Positions 12,931 to 21,702 of a DNA stretch of 64,000 nt are shown piece after piece. The stretch is from contig CAVUJI010000001.1 of NCBI GenBank assembly GCA_963741815.1, positions 502,265 through 566,264 on the forward strand. The letters are read 5' to 3'. Below the pieces are notes generated by a model, which did not search any database, was not told where the DNA came from, and saw nothing but the letters and a program-made list of their open reading frames with translations. The stretch comes from an uncultured beta proteobacterium (lineage in GTDB: Bacteria; Pseudomonadota; Gammaproteobacteria; Burkholderiales; Usitatibacteraceae). Positions within the stretch are counted from its first letter, which is position 1, and each line of letters opens with the position of its first letter. A program made the position numbers and the translations under genes.

Positions 12931-13253
12931 GCCTCTGGCTCGCCATCGCCGGCGTGGCGCTCTCGACCTTCCTGCTGCGCGCCTCGTTCATGGTGTTCGT
13001 CGACCCGCACCGCTTCCCGGGCTGGTTCCGCCGCGCGCTCGCGTTCGTCCCGCCGTCGGTGCTCGCCGCGATCGTGGCGCCCGGGCTGCTGATGCCCGAA
13101 GGCACGCTCGACCTGCACCCCGGCAACCCGCGCCTGGTGGCCGGCCTCGTCGCGATGGCGGCCACCTTCCGGCTGCGCAACGCGAGTGCGGCGATCGCCG
13201 CGGGGATGGGCACCCTCTGGGCGCTGCAATGGGCGATGGGGCACTGGGGCTGA
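12927..13253 (+). CDS. azlD: AzlD family small membrane subunit
   Basis: TFLLRASF, ALAFVPPSVLAAIVAP; ATGA overlap with azlC. Confidence 0.85.
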   Translation: MSLWLAIAGVALSTFLLRASFMVFVDPHRFPGWFRRALAFVPPSVLAAIVAPGLLMPEGTLDLHPGNPRLVAGLVAMAATFRLRNASAAIAAGMGTLWALQWAMGHWG

Positions 13254-13324
13254 GGCCGGCCGGATGCGCCGCGTCTGCTAAAATTTCCCTTTTTCACCCG
13301 GGCCGCACGCCCGCAGGAACCCCC

Positions 13325-13741
13325 GTGGGCGAATTCGTGATGAACCACCTGGCGCTCGTCGCCCTCTTCGTGGCGAGCGGCGCCATGCTCGTCTGGCCCG
13401 AGCTGTCCCGCCTCGTCGGCGGCAGCGTGCACGAGATCGGCACCCTCGAGGCCACGCGCCTCATGAACCAGTCCTCGACGCTCGTGCTCGACGTGCGCGA
13501 GACCGACGAGTACGCCGCCGGCCACCTGCCGCGGGCGCGCCACATCCCGCTCAAGCAGCTGGGCAGCCGCGTGAACGAGATCGCGAAGTACAAGGAGAAG
13601 CCCGTCCTCGTCACCTGCCGCACCGGCCCGCGCTCGGCGGCGGCGCTGCGCGCGCTGAAACGCGCGGGCTTCACCACGGTCTACCAGTTGAAGGGTGGCG
13701 TGACGGCCTGGCAGCAGGCGAGCCTGCCGGTGGAGAAATGA
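13325..13741 (+). CDS. Membrane-anchored rhodanese domain protein (YibN-like)
   Basis: N-terminal TM, LVLDVRE..EY..GHLP.A.HIP, CRTG.RS, LKGG..AW; precedes grxC-secB. Confidence 0.9.
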   Translation: MGEFVMNHLALVALFVASGAMLVWPELSRLVGGSVHEIGTLEATRLMNQSSTLVLDVRETDEYAAGHLPRARHIPLKQLGSRVNEIAKYKEKPVLVTCRTGPRSAAALRALKRAGFTTVYQLKGGVTAWQQASLPVEK

Positions 13742-13743
13742 GC

Positions 13744-14004
13744 ATGGCCAAGGTGACGATGTACGCGACGGGCGTGTGCCCCTACTGCCAGATGGCGGAG
13801 CGGCTGCTGCGCTCGAAGGGCGTGCAGGAGATCGAGAAGGTGCGGGTGGACCTCGAGCCGGGCCGGCGCGAGGAGATGATGCAGCGCACGGGCCGGCGCA
13901 CCGTGCCGCAGATCTACGTGGGCGAGCGCCACGTCGGCGGCTACGACGACCTCGCGGCGCTCGACCGCGCCGGCGGCCTCGACCCCCTGCTCGCCGCGCC
14001 CTGA
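13744..14004 (+). CDS. grxC: Glutaredoxin 3
   Basis: [18 protein letters not shown]. Confidence 0.95.
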   Translation: MAKVTMYATGVCPYCQMAERLLRSKGVQEIEKVRVDLEPGRREEMMQRTGRRTVPQIYVGERHVGGYDDLAALDRAGGLDPLLAAP

Positions 14005-14036
14005 GCGCCCCACAACCCCCGATTCAAGGAACCCCG

Positions 14037-14525
14037 ATGACCGAAGCCCAGAACCAGCCCGTGTTCTCGATCGAGAAGGTCTACGTGAAGGACCTCTCCC
14101 TCGAGATCCCCAACGCCCCGCAGGTGTTCCTCGAGCGCGAGTCGCCCACGGTCGACATCCAGCTGCACCACAACTCGAGCGGCGTCGAGGAGGGCGTGTA
14201 CCAGACGGTGCTCACCGTGACGATCACCGCCAAGATCCAGGACAAGACGCTCTTCCTCGTCGAGGCCGCCCAGGCGGGCATCTTCGTCGTGCGCAACGTC
14301 CCCGAGCCGGATCTCGAGGCCGTGCTCGCGATCGCCTGCCCCAACATCCTCTTCCCCTACGCGCGCGAGGTCGTCTCCGACGTGGTCACGCGGGCCGGCT
14401 TCCCGCCCGTGGTGCTCGCCCCGGTGAACTTCGAGGCGGTCTACCAGCAGCAGCGCAACGCCCAGGGCGCGGGCGGCGGCGAGCAGCAGGACGTGCAGAT
14501 CATCACCCCCACCGTGTCGCACTGA
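14037..14525 (+). CDS. secB: Protein export chaperone SecB
   Basis: [45 protein letters not shown]. Confidence 0.96.
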   Translation: MTEAQNQPVFSIEKVYVKDLSLEIPNAPQVFLERESPTVDIQLHHNSSGVEEGVYQTVLTVTITAKIQDKTLFLVEAAQAGIFVVRNVPEPDLEAVLAIACPNILFPYAREVVSDVVTRAGFPPVVLAPVNFEAVYQQQRNAQGAGGGEQQDVQIITPTVSH

Positions 14526-14529
14526 GGCC

Positions 14530-14973
14530 ATGAAGGGCGCGGCGGCGGCTCTCGCCCTCCTCGCGCTCGCGCTCGCGGGCCTCGCGGGCGCCGCCGAGTT
14601 CCGCTCCGTCGGCGCGCAGCCGGCGATCCTCTACGACGCGCCGTCGGTGCGCGCCGACCGGCTCTTCGTGGCCAGCCGCTACTACCCCCTCGAGGTCCTC
14701 GTGAAGCTCGACCTGTGGACCAAGGTGCGCGACGCGAACGGCGAGGTCGCCTGGGTCGAGAACTCGGCGCTCGGCGCGCGCGCCACCGCGGTGGTGAGCG
14801 CGCCGGTGGCCGACGTGCACGCCGCGCCCGACACGCGCTCGCCCCTGGTCTTCGAGGCCTACCGCTCGGTCCTGCTCGACGTGCTCGCGCCGGCGGCGGA
14901 CGGCTGGGTGCGCGTGCGCCATCGCGACGGGCAGGAAGGCTACGTGCGCGTCTCCCAGGTCTGGGGCGCCTGA
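14530..14973 (+). CDS. Exported SH3-domain protein
   Basis: Signal peptide and two SH3-like repeats (WTKVRD..G..AWVE; GWVRVRH.DG..GYV). Confidence 0.85.
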   Translation: MKGAAAALALLALALAGLAGAAEFRSVGAQPAILYDAPSVRADRLFVASRYYPLEVLVKLDLWTKVRDANGEVAWVENSALGARATAVVSAPVADVHAAPDTRSPLVFEAYRSVLLDVLAPAADGWVRVRHRDGQEGYVRVSQVWGA

Positions 14974-14977
14974 GCCG

Positions 14978-15955
14978 GTGAAGGTGGCGGTCCTCGGCGC
15001 GGGAGCGTGGGGATCGGCCCTCGCGATCTCGCTCTCGGCGAGCCACACGGTCCACCTCTGGACGCGCGACCCGGACGACTGCGCCGCGCTCGGGCGCGAG
15101 CGCGCCAGCCGCTACCTGCCGGGCGCGCCCTTCCCCGCCGCGCTCGCGATCGAGCCCTCTCTCGCGGCCGCCGCGCGCAGCGAGCTCGTCGTCGTGGCGA
15201 CCTCCACCTCGGGGCTGCGGCCCACGCTCGATGCGCTGCGCGCGCACGCGTCCCGGCCCGCGCTGCTGTGGGCGTGCAAGGGCTTCGAGTCGGGCTCGCG
15301 CCGGCTCCCCCACGAGGTCGTGGCCGAGGCGCTGCCCGGGGCGACGCAGGTGGGCGCGCTCTCCGGCCCCAGCTTCGCCGCGGAAGTCGCCAGGGGCCTG
15401 CCCACCGCCCTCGTGCTCGCCTCGGCCGACGCGGCGTTCGCCGCCGCCACCGCCGCCGCCCTCAACACGCCGCGCCTTCGCATCTACTCGAGCGCCGACG
15501 TGCGCGGCGTCGAGCTGGGCGGCGCGGTGAAGAACGTGATCGCGATCGCCGCGGGCATCGCCGACGGGCTCGAGCTGGGCCGCAACGCGCGCGCCGCACT
15601 CGTCACCCGCGGGCTGGCCGAGGTGGTGCGCCTCGGCGTGGCGCTCGGCGGCCAGCCCGAGACGTTCATGGGCCTCGCCGGCGTGGGCGACCTCGTGCTC
15701 ACCTGCACGGGCGAGCTGTCGCGCAACCGCGAGGTGGGCGTGCGCCTCGCCCAGGGGCGCGCGTTGGGCGAGGTGCTCGCCGCGCTGGGGCACGTGGCCG
15801 AGGGCGTGCACTCGGCGCGCGCCGTGCGCGACCTCGCGCGCGCGCACGGCGTCGAGATGCCGATCACCGAGGCCGTCTGCGGCGTGCTCTTCGAGGACGT
15901 GGCCCCCGAGCGGGCGGTCGAGCGGCTCCTCACCCGGGACCCGCGCTCCGAGTAG
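14978..15955 (+). CDS. gpsA: NAD(P)H-dependent glycerol-3-phosphate dehydrogenase
   Basis: [47 protein letters not shown]. Confidence 0.96.
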   Translation: MKVAVLGAGAWGSALAISLSASHTVHLWTRDPDDCAALGRERASRYLPGAPFPAALAIEPSLAAAARSELVVVATSTSGLRPTLDALRAHASRPALLWACKGFESGSRRLPHEVVAEALPGATQVGALSGPSFAAEVARGLPTALVLASADAAFAAATAAALNTPRLRIYSSADVRGVELGGAVKNVIAIAAGIADGLELGRNARAALVTRGLAEVVRLGVALGGQPETFMGLAGVGDLVLTCTGELSRNREVGVRLAQGRALGEVLAALGHVAEGVHSARAVRDLARAHGVEMPITEAVCGVLFEDVAPERAVERLLTRDPRSE

Positions 15956-16022
15956 CCGGACCGGGGGGCGCACTATAGAATCCCCCTATCCCGACGCCCG
16001 AGAAAAAGACTTGCATCGCACC

Positions 16023-18380
16023 ATGCGGCGGCACGGGGCGCTCGCGGCCTCGATCTTCCTGGCGTTGTGCCCGCCCGCTCACGCGGCCGCCGGGGCACAG
16101 GACGCGAAGCCGTCGCGCGAGGCGATCGCGCGCGAGCGCGCGCGCAAGGTCGTCGCCGCGCGCGAGAGCGGCTACTGGATCGTCTCCCCGGGCGAGCACC
16201 TGCGGCTCATCGCGCAGCAGTTCTTCCACGGCGACCGCCCGCGCCAGCGGCAACTCGCCGCCGAGCTCTTCGCGCGCAACCCCGGCGCCTTCCGCTACGG
16301 CGACCGCGACCGTCTCATCGTCGGCGCCCGCCTCGTGCTGCCCCCGCGGCTCGTGGCGCGGGCCGCCGCCGTCGCCAAGCGCGCCGCGGGCGAGCCGGCG
16401 GCGCCCGCCCGCGGACGGGACGCGCCCGGACCCGCGCCGGCGCCGTCCCTGCCCGAGTCGCTGCGCGCCTTCGACGCGGGCCCGGCGCGCCCTCCCGCAC
16501 CCGCGCCGAAGCCCGCGTACGTCGACCAGCTCATCGACCCGGCCGCGGCCGCCGCCGAGGAGGCGCGGCAGATCGAGGAAGAGGCGCAGCCGCCGGGCCG
16601 GCGCTCGGTGGCGCTGGAGTACCGGGTCGAGGGGCGCTATCCGCCCGGCACGCGCCACAGCCTCGAGCAGGGCATGAACCTGCAGGTGCGCCGCGAGACG
16701 CTCAACTACGGCGACTTCCTCCTCGACGCCGGCGTGCGGGACACGCAGCCGCCCGAAGGCTCGCTCGCGCAGCGGCGCAACGGCGCCCGCTTCACCCTCT
16801 TCCAGGAACGCTTCCCGCTCGGCGTGGGCTGGCTCGCCGACTCGGCCATCGGCGTGGTGCGCACGCCGCCCAGCTTCCTCGTCAACTCCTCGTATCGCAT
16901 CTTCCTGCCCACCTCGCTCGTCTCCGGCGCCACGACGGTCGCCGCCGACGGGCGCCGGCAGGTCATCGCCTTCGCCGGGCACGTGGGCCGCCTCGAGGGC
17001 AGCGCGGTGCAGACCTTCGATCCCACGACCGGCACCCTCGCGGGCGCGGGATACTCGCAGCGCTTCGGGAACTGGAACGTCGGCGGGCAGGCGATCGCGC
17101 TGCGCGGCAACGCCGAGGTCCGCGACCACACGGCGGCGACCGTCGCGGCGGAGTACGGCTTCCAGGGCGGCCTGCGCCACCACAAGGCGCAGCTCGTGGT
17201 GGACGACGACTCGAACGTGGGCGCGTGGTTCGACGGCGACCTCACGACGGGCCGGCTGCGGCAGCGCTTCGGCCTCTTCCACCTCGACCCGGAGCTCGCC
17301 TACGGCGACGGCGCGATCGCCAACGACCAGCGCGGCGCCTACTGGCGCGGCGACTACCACATGCTGCGCTACACGCTCTCGGGCGGCGCGGACCTCGGCG
17401 AGACGAACCTGCGCGGGGACCCGCGGCGCGCGGCCACGCGCTCGGCGAGCGCGTACGGCACGTTCTCGCTGCGCATCGACCGCAACCTCACCGTGGGCGG
17501 CGGCCTCACCCTCGCGCGCGCCCACTCGCGCTTCACCCTGTCCGCGCGCGCCACGACGGTCTCGGGCAACGCCTACGCCGCCTGGTCCAACGCGCTCGGC
17601 CTGAGCCGGCTCGACCTCACCGCCTTCCGCGGCACCTCCACCGGCGTGCCGGACAACATCCAGGACCGCGTGTCCTGGAGCCAGGACTGGCCGGACCTCG
17701 GGTGGACGCACCTGACCTCCACCGTGAGCTACGCCCGGGAAGATTCGCAGGCGGGGCCCACGCGCCGCGCGAGCGTCGGGCTGTCCGCCCGCGGCAGCCT
17801 CCCGCTCGATGCGCTGTGGGACGCGAGCGTGGTGTACGGGCGGGTGGACACGGACGCCGGCACGGAAAACGACGTGAACGTGAGCGCGTCCTCCACGTGG
17901 CGGCTCACGCGGCACTGGAGCGCGCTCGCCCAGGTGAGCGTGAGCACGTTCGATCCCCTCCCGCCCCTGCCGGGCGGCCCCGAGCTGCCGCTGCAGCGCG
18001 ACAAGCGCTTCCTGCTCGGGCTGCGCTACGAGGAGTCGTCCGGGACGCCGTACCAGGTGCTCGGCCTGCGCGCGGGCGTGGGCAGCGGCGTGCTGCAGGG
18101 CACGGTGTATTTCGACGAGAACGGCGACGGCTCGCGCCAGCCCACCGAGCGCGGCGCGCCGAACGTCACCATCTACCTCGACGGGCGCTATCCGGCGACC
18201 ACCGACTCGCAGGGCCGCTTCGCGTTCCCGGTGGTGACGCCGGGCAGCCACGCGCTGCGCATCCTGAGCGAGACGCTGCCGCTGCCGTGGACCTTCGCCG
18301 ACGACCGCCCGCTGCTCGCCAACGTCCCCCTGCGCGGCGCGGCGCAGGTGGACGTGCCGCTCACGAGGATCCGGCCTTGA
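16023..18380 (+). CDS. Putative usher-like outer-membrane beta-barrel protein with N-terminal FimV-type LysM domain and C-terminal SdrD-B/Ig-like domain
   Basis: Signal peptide (..PPAHA); YWIVSPGEHLRLIA..LFARNPGAF..GDRDRLIVGARLVLP; Pro/Ala linker; about 480 aa of amphipathic beta-strands; GTVYFDENGDG..E.G.PNVTIYLDG..TTDSQGRF.F. Confidence 0.65.
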   Translation: MRRHGALAASIFLALCPPAHAAAGAQDAKPSREAIARERARKVVAARESGYWIVSPGEHLRLIAQQFFHGDRPRQRQLAAELFARNPGAFRYGDRDRLIVGARLVLPPRLVARAAAVAKRAAGEPAAPARGRDAPGPAPAPSLPESLRAFDAGPARPPAPAPKPAYVDQLIDPAAAAAEEARQIEEEAQPPGRRSVALEYRVEGRYPPGTRHSLEQGMNLQVRRETLNYGDFLLDAGVRDTQPPEGSLAQRRNGARFTLFQERFPLGVGWLADSAIGVVRTPPSFLVNSSYRIFLPTSLVSGATTVAADGRRQVIAFAGHVGRLEGSAVQTFDPTTGTLAGAGYSQRFGNWNVGGQAIALRGNAEVRDHTAATVAAEYGFQGGLRHHKAQLVVDDDSNVGAWFDGDLTTGRLRQRFGLFHLDPELAYGDGAIANDQRGAYWRGDYHMLRYTLSGGADLGETNLRGDPRRAATRSASAYGTFSLRIDRNLTVGGGLTLARAHSRFTLSARATTVSGNAYAAWSNALGLSRLDLTAFRGTSTGVPDNIQDRVSWSQDWPDLGWTHLTSTVSYAREDSQAGPTRRASVGLSARGSLPLDALWDASVVYGRVDTDAGTENDVNVSASSTWRLTRHWSALAQVSVSTFDPLPPLPGGPELPLQRDKRFLLGLRYEESSGTPYQVLGLRAGVGSGVLQGTVYFDENGDGSRQPTERGAPNVTIYLDGRYPATTDSQGRFAFPVVTPGSHALRILSETLPLPWTFADDRPLLANVPLRGAAQVDVPLTRIRP

Positions 18381-19239
18381 CGGGAGCGACGATCGAGTCG
18401 ATCGCCTGCCGGCCGCCGTCCCACTCGATGGTGCCGCGCAGGCGCAGCGGATAGGCGATCTGCGGCGTCTTCTTGTCCGCCGCCTCCTGCGCCCACAGCG
18501 CCACGGAGCGCGTCTCCCCGGGCAGGATCGGGAACGGCGATACCACGAACTCGTAGCTTTTCCCCGCGGCGTCGCGCCCCTCCAGGATCCCCTCGGGCCG
18601 CCCGTGGGACGAGCCGCTGTTGAGGAACGTGGCCGCCGGCGTGAGCCGCCCGTTGAAGTCCTTGAGGCCCACGTCCTTCAGCTCGAGCCGCGGCGAGACC
18701 TCGCCCACGGCGATGTAGACGATCACGCCGATGCGGCCCTGCAGCGGGAACTGGATGTTGCCCGCGGTGACCTCCGGCAGGTCGTCGGAGGCCTTCTGGA
18801 TGATGATGGCGAAGCGGCATTCCTGCGCCGGCGCATCCGCCGGCACGTGCACCTCGAAGCGGTACTTGCGCACGCCGTGCGGCTGCATCGGGACCTTGTG
18901 CCGCTCGATGCGCACCCACGGCCGGCAGCTGCCGGGCTGCAGGGGGTCCTGGAACTCCACGCCGCCCTGGGCGTTCAGGCGCCAGTCCGCGGTGGACACC
19001 GCGAACTCGTCGGGCACGGCCGCGTCGTTGCCGATCTCGAGCACCTCGCGCAGCACCGACCCCGGCTTGGTCTTGAGCTCGAAGCGGGGCGGGCTCACGA
19101 GCCCGGCGAACGCGAAAGCGCCCGCCGGCGCGCACAGGGCGAGGGCGAGCGCGAGCGCCGCCGCGAACCTAGGGCTGCAGCGGCTCGATGTCGAAGACGG
19201 GGTCGAACTGGATGCCACGCTCCGAGGTGCGCGCGTCAA
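18361..19239 (-). CDS. Putative periplasmic pilus chaperone (PapD/EcpB-like, two beta-sandwich domains)
   Basis: Hydrophobic signal region, VSPPRFEL, LEIGN, Cys pair (SCRPW; ECRFAII), FLNSGSSHGRPEG; TTG start with AGGA 6 nt upstream. Confidence 0.65.
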   Translation of the reverse strand: MTRAPRSVASSSTPSSTSSRCSPRFAAALALALALCAPAGAFAFAGLVSPPRFELKTKPGSVLREVLEIGNDAAVPDEFAVSTADWRLNAQGGVEFQDPLQPGSCRPWVRIERHKVPMQPHGVRKYRFEVHVPADAPAQECRFAIIIQKASDDLPEVTAGNIQFPLQGRIGVIVYIAVGEVSPRLELKDVGLKDFNGRLTPAATFLNSGSSHGRPEGILEGRDAAGKSYEFVVSPFPILPGETRSVALWAQEAADKKTPQIAYPLRLRGTIEWDGGRQAIDSIVAPVKAGSS

Positions 19240-19651
19240 GGTAGATCCTGAAGTCGAAGATTTCGGTCGTTACGGGCTGGGTAATCTTACCGCGATAGAC
19301 CAGCGCGCGGTCCCCCGGCAGCACCGTCCCCGCGCTGAACAGGCCGCGGGTCTTCCACTCCACGCGCATGGTGGAAGGTACCCGCACGCCGCTCACGTGC
19401 CGCGGGATCGACAGGTAGATCTCGACGTCCTTGCCGACGTACGCGGCGGTGCGGAAGCGCAGCTCCATGCCCCGCACTTCCGCCACCAGCGCGTTCAGCT
19501 GGTCCTCGGTCCAGTCGCCGGCGCCCTCGTACAGCCATGTCGAGGTGGTGTCCACGCGCTGCCGCGGCGAGAGCGAGTCGTCGAGGCGCGCGCCCGCCGC
19601 CGGGGCCGACGCGAGCGCGAGCAGGAGGAGCACGGGAAGGCACCGGGTCAT
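19169..19651 (-). CDS. Exported beta-rich hypothetical protein of the pilus-like operon
   Basis: Signal peptide MTRCLPVLLLLALASAPAAGA; ATGA overlap with the upstream pilin gene; 160 aa. Confidence 0.7.
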   Translation of the reverse strand: MTRCLPVLLLLALASAPAAGARLDDSLSPRQRVDTTSTWLYEGAGDWTEDQLNALVAEVRGMELRFRTAAYVGKDVEIYLSIPRHVSGVRVPSTMRVEWKTRGLFSAGTVLPGDRALVYRGKITQPVTTEIFDFRIYLDARTSERGIQFDPVFDIEPLQP

Positions 19652-20217
19652 GGCATCGCGAGCGTGTAGGTCACGCTGCCCGTATAGGTGCCGGCGGACA
19701 CGAGGTTGTCGTTGAGGTAGGTGAACTGCGCGCACACGCACGCGCGCTGGGAGGTGCCGAAGCTGAGCAGCGGCTGCCCCGCCGAATCGTTGAACGCGCC
19801 CGACGGAATCGTGGTGGGGGCATTGAGGCAGCCGCTCGGCCCGCCGCCGGGCGTCGACGAGGTCCATGCGATCTGGCTGAACGGGATCGTGTTCCCGGCG
19901 GAGAGCAGGGGCGAGGACGAGTCGGCGCTCAGCGTGGCCGTGCGGCGCGACCAGCGGTACGAGCGGGCCTGGGCGTCGATGAGCACGGTGCCCGCCGGGC
20001 ACGTCGGGCTCGGCGGCGTCACGCTCGAGGCCGGAATGTCGGTTCCGTCGCCGACGCTCGCGCCGGGCACGCTGAAGTTCACCTGGTTCACGGTGGCGTT
20101 CGTGCCGCCGACCTGCAGGATGAGGCGCCAGCGCCCGTTGCGGATCGACACGGTCGCGGCGGGGGTCGCCTCGACGGCGGCGAGCAGGAGCGCGAGCGCG
20201 AGGGCGAGCGACCTCAC
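19648..20217 (-). CDS. Pilin-like minor subunit B
   Basis: Signal peptide, four Cys, C-terminal AGTYTGSVTYTLAMP; gapless paralogue of the next gene. Confidence 0.7.
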   Translation of the reverse strand: MRSLALALALLLAAVEATPAATVSIRNGRWRLILQVGGTNATVNQVNFSVPGASVGDGTDIPASSVTPPSPTCPAGTVLIDAQARSYRWSRRTATLSADSSSPLLSAGNTIPFSQIAWTSSTPGGGPSGCLNAPTTIPSGAFNDSAGQPLLSFGTSQRACVCAQFTYLNDNLVSAGTYTGSVTYTLAMP

Positions 20218-20224
20218 GCCGGCC

Positions 20225-20788
20225 TCACGGCATCGCGAGCGTGTAGGTGACACGCCCCGAGTAGGTGCCGGCCGATACCACGCTCTGGTTGAGGTAGCGG
20301 AACTGGGCGCACACGCACGCGCGCCGCGACGTGCCGAAGGAGACGAGCGGCTGTCCCGGCGCGCCGCTGAACGTGCCGGAAGGAATCGTGGTGGGCGCGT
20401 TGAGGCAGCCGCTGGGGCCGCCCCCGGGCGTGGACGAGGTCCAGCCCACCTGGCTGAAGGGGATGGTGGACGCGCCCGAGGTGAGCGGCGCCGACGAGTC
20501 GGCCGAGAGCGTGGCCGTGCGCGGGCTCCGGTTCTGGGAGCGGGCCTGGGCGTCGATGAGCACCGTGTTGCCCGGACAGCTCGGGCTCGCGGGCGACACG
20601 CTGCTGCTCGTCACCGCCACGCCGTTGCCCACGCTCGTCCCCGGCACGCTGAAGTTGACCAGGTTGATCGTCCCGCCGGTGTTGCCGATCTGCAGGATGA
20701 GCCTGCCGCCGCCGTTGCCGATCACCACGGTCGCGGCGCCGGCGGGCCCGGCGAGGGCGCAAAGCAGTGCGAGGAGCAGTGTCTTCAT
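20225..20788 (-). CDS. Pilin-like minor subunit A
   Basis: Signal peptide MKTLLLALLCALAGPAGA, four Cys in the mature part, C-terminal AGTYSGRVTYTLAMP. Confidence 0.7.
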   Translation of the reverse strand: MKTLLLALLCALAGPAGAATVVIGNGGGRLILQIGNTGGTINLVNFSVPGTSVGNGVAVTSSSVSPASPSCPGNTVLIDAQARSQNRSPRTATLSADSSAPLTSGASTIPFSQVGWTSSTPGGGPSGCLNAPTTIPSGTFSGAPGQPLVSFGTSRRACVCAQFRYLNQSVVSAGTYSGRVTYTLAMP

Positions 20789-20794
20789 GAGGCG

Positions 20795-20828
20795 AAAAAG
20801 CCGGCTGGCTCGCGCCGCGCCGGCTTTC
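20795..20828 (-). terminator. Intra-operon terminator-like hairpin after the major pilin gene
   Basis: Minus strand AAAGCCGGC...GCCGGCTTTTT, ending 6 nt before the next ATG. Confidence 0.65.
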
Positions 20829-20850
20829 CGTTCTCGCCCGGAGGTGCCGG

Positions 20851-21468
20851 TTACGGCATGGAGGCAGTATACGTGACGCGGCCTCCCTTCGTGCTCGTGC
20901 CGTACGTGCCGGCCGAGTGGATCGCGGAGTTCGCGTACGAGTAGGTCCACACCGCCGAGCGATTCGTCACGTCGCCGGTGTTGAGCACCGGCAGGCTGGT
21001 GTTGCCGCCGGCATCCGAGAGCACGGGCCGCTGCAGGTTGGCCGCGTCGCTCGACGTGGTCGAGATCTCGCTGTAGCTGATGTTCTCGGCGAGGCTGGCG
21101 TGCGCGAGCCCGCTGCCGCCGCCGTTGTTGTTCTCCGTGATCGTGATCTGGCCGCCGTTGCCCACGACCGTCACGTTGGCCGCGGTGCCGCCGCCGGCGT
21201 CGCCGCCCGTGCCCGCGATCGGCGTCGAATCGCCCACGTTGGCCGCGGGGACGGTGAAGGTGATCTGGTCGATCGTCGCGCCCGTGGTGCCCACGCGGAA
21301 GGACAGGAAGCGCGGGATCACGATCGAGAAGTCGAGGCGGGCATCGGTGCTGAGCGCGCCGCCGCCGTTGACCGTCGTGCGTTCGGCATGGGCGGGGATC
21401 GCCGCCGCCAGGGCCGCACCCATGCCGAGCGCGAAGGCGGTTTTGAGCATTTTCGATTTCGTTTTCAT
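20851..21468 (-). CDS. Pilin-like major subunit (Csu/spore-coat-U/WxL-like C-terminal strand)
   Basis: Signal peptide ending IPAHA, GGAG RBS, Gly/Thr/Ser/Asn-rich beta protein, no Cys, C-terminal AGTYG..GGRVTYTASMP. Confidence 0.7.
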   Translation of the reverse strand: MKTKSKMLKTAFALGMGAALAAAIPAHAERTTVNGGGALSTDARLDFSIVIPRFLSFRVGTTGATIDQITFTVPAANVGDSTPIAGTGGDAGGGTAANVTVVGNGGQITITENNNGGGSGLAHASLAENISYSEISTTSSDAANLQRPVLSDAGGNTSLPVLNTGDVTNRSAVWTYSYANSAIHSAGTYGTSTKGGRVTYTASMP

Positions 21469-21557
21469 GTGTCACTCCGTCTGCTGGGGTTTATCGGCCG
21501 GGCTGCGTTGGCCCGTGTTCATGGCCTGCATTTAGCGCCCGATGGCCCCCGCGGTGC

Positions 21558-21573
21558 TGTGACACCTCGCACA
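21558..21573. promoter_or_regulatory. CRP-family (CRP/Vfr/Clp) binding box upstream of the pilin-like operon
   Basis: TGTGA-CACCTC-GCACA, 9/10 match to TGTGA-N6-TCACA, centred about 98 nt upstream of the pilin ATG. Confidence 0.55.
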
Positions 21574-21702
21574 GAACCCCATGTTTTCACGTGCTTTTTG
21601 GCCCATTTCCGATTGCATCGGTAATCGCGCTGTAACATGCGCGCCGCTCGTTCCGGCTTTCGGCCCGCTCGTCGCCACGCTGATGCAAGGAGGGATTTCG
21701 CC

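Noticed and set aside
12235-13253. azlCD insertion between gpmA and the rhodanese gene
   Set aside because: Common small exporter pair with nothing unusual in sequence.
21598-21618. Possible sigma54 promoter TTGGC...TTGCA near the pilin operon
   Set aside because: GG-to-GC spacing is 13 nt rather than 10, and it faces away from the pilin gene.
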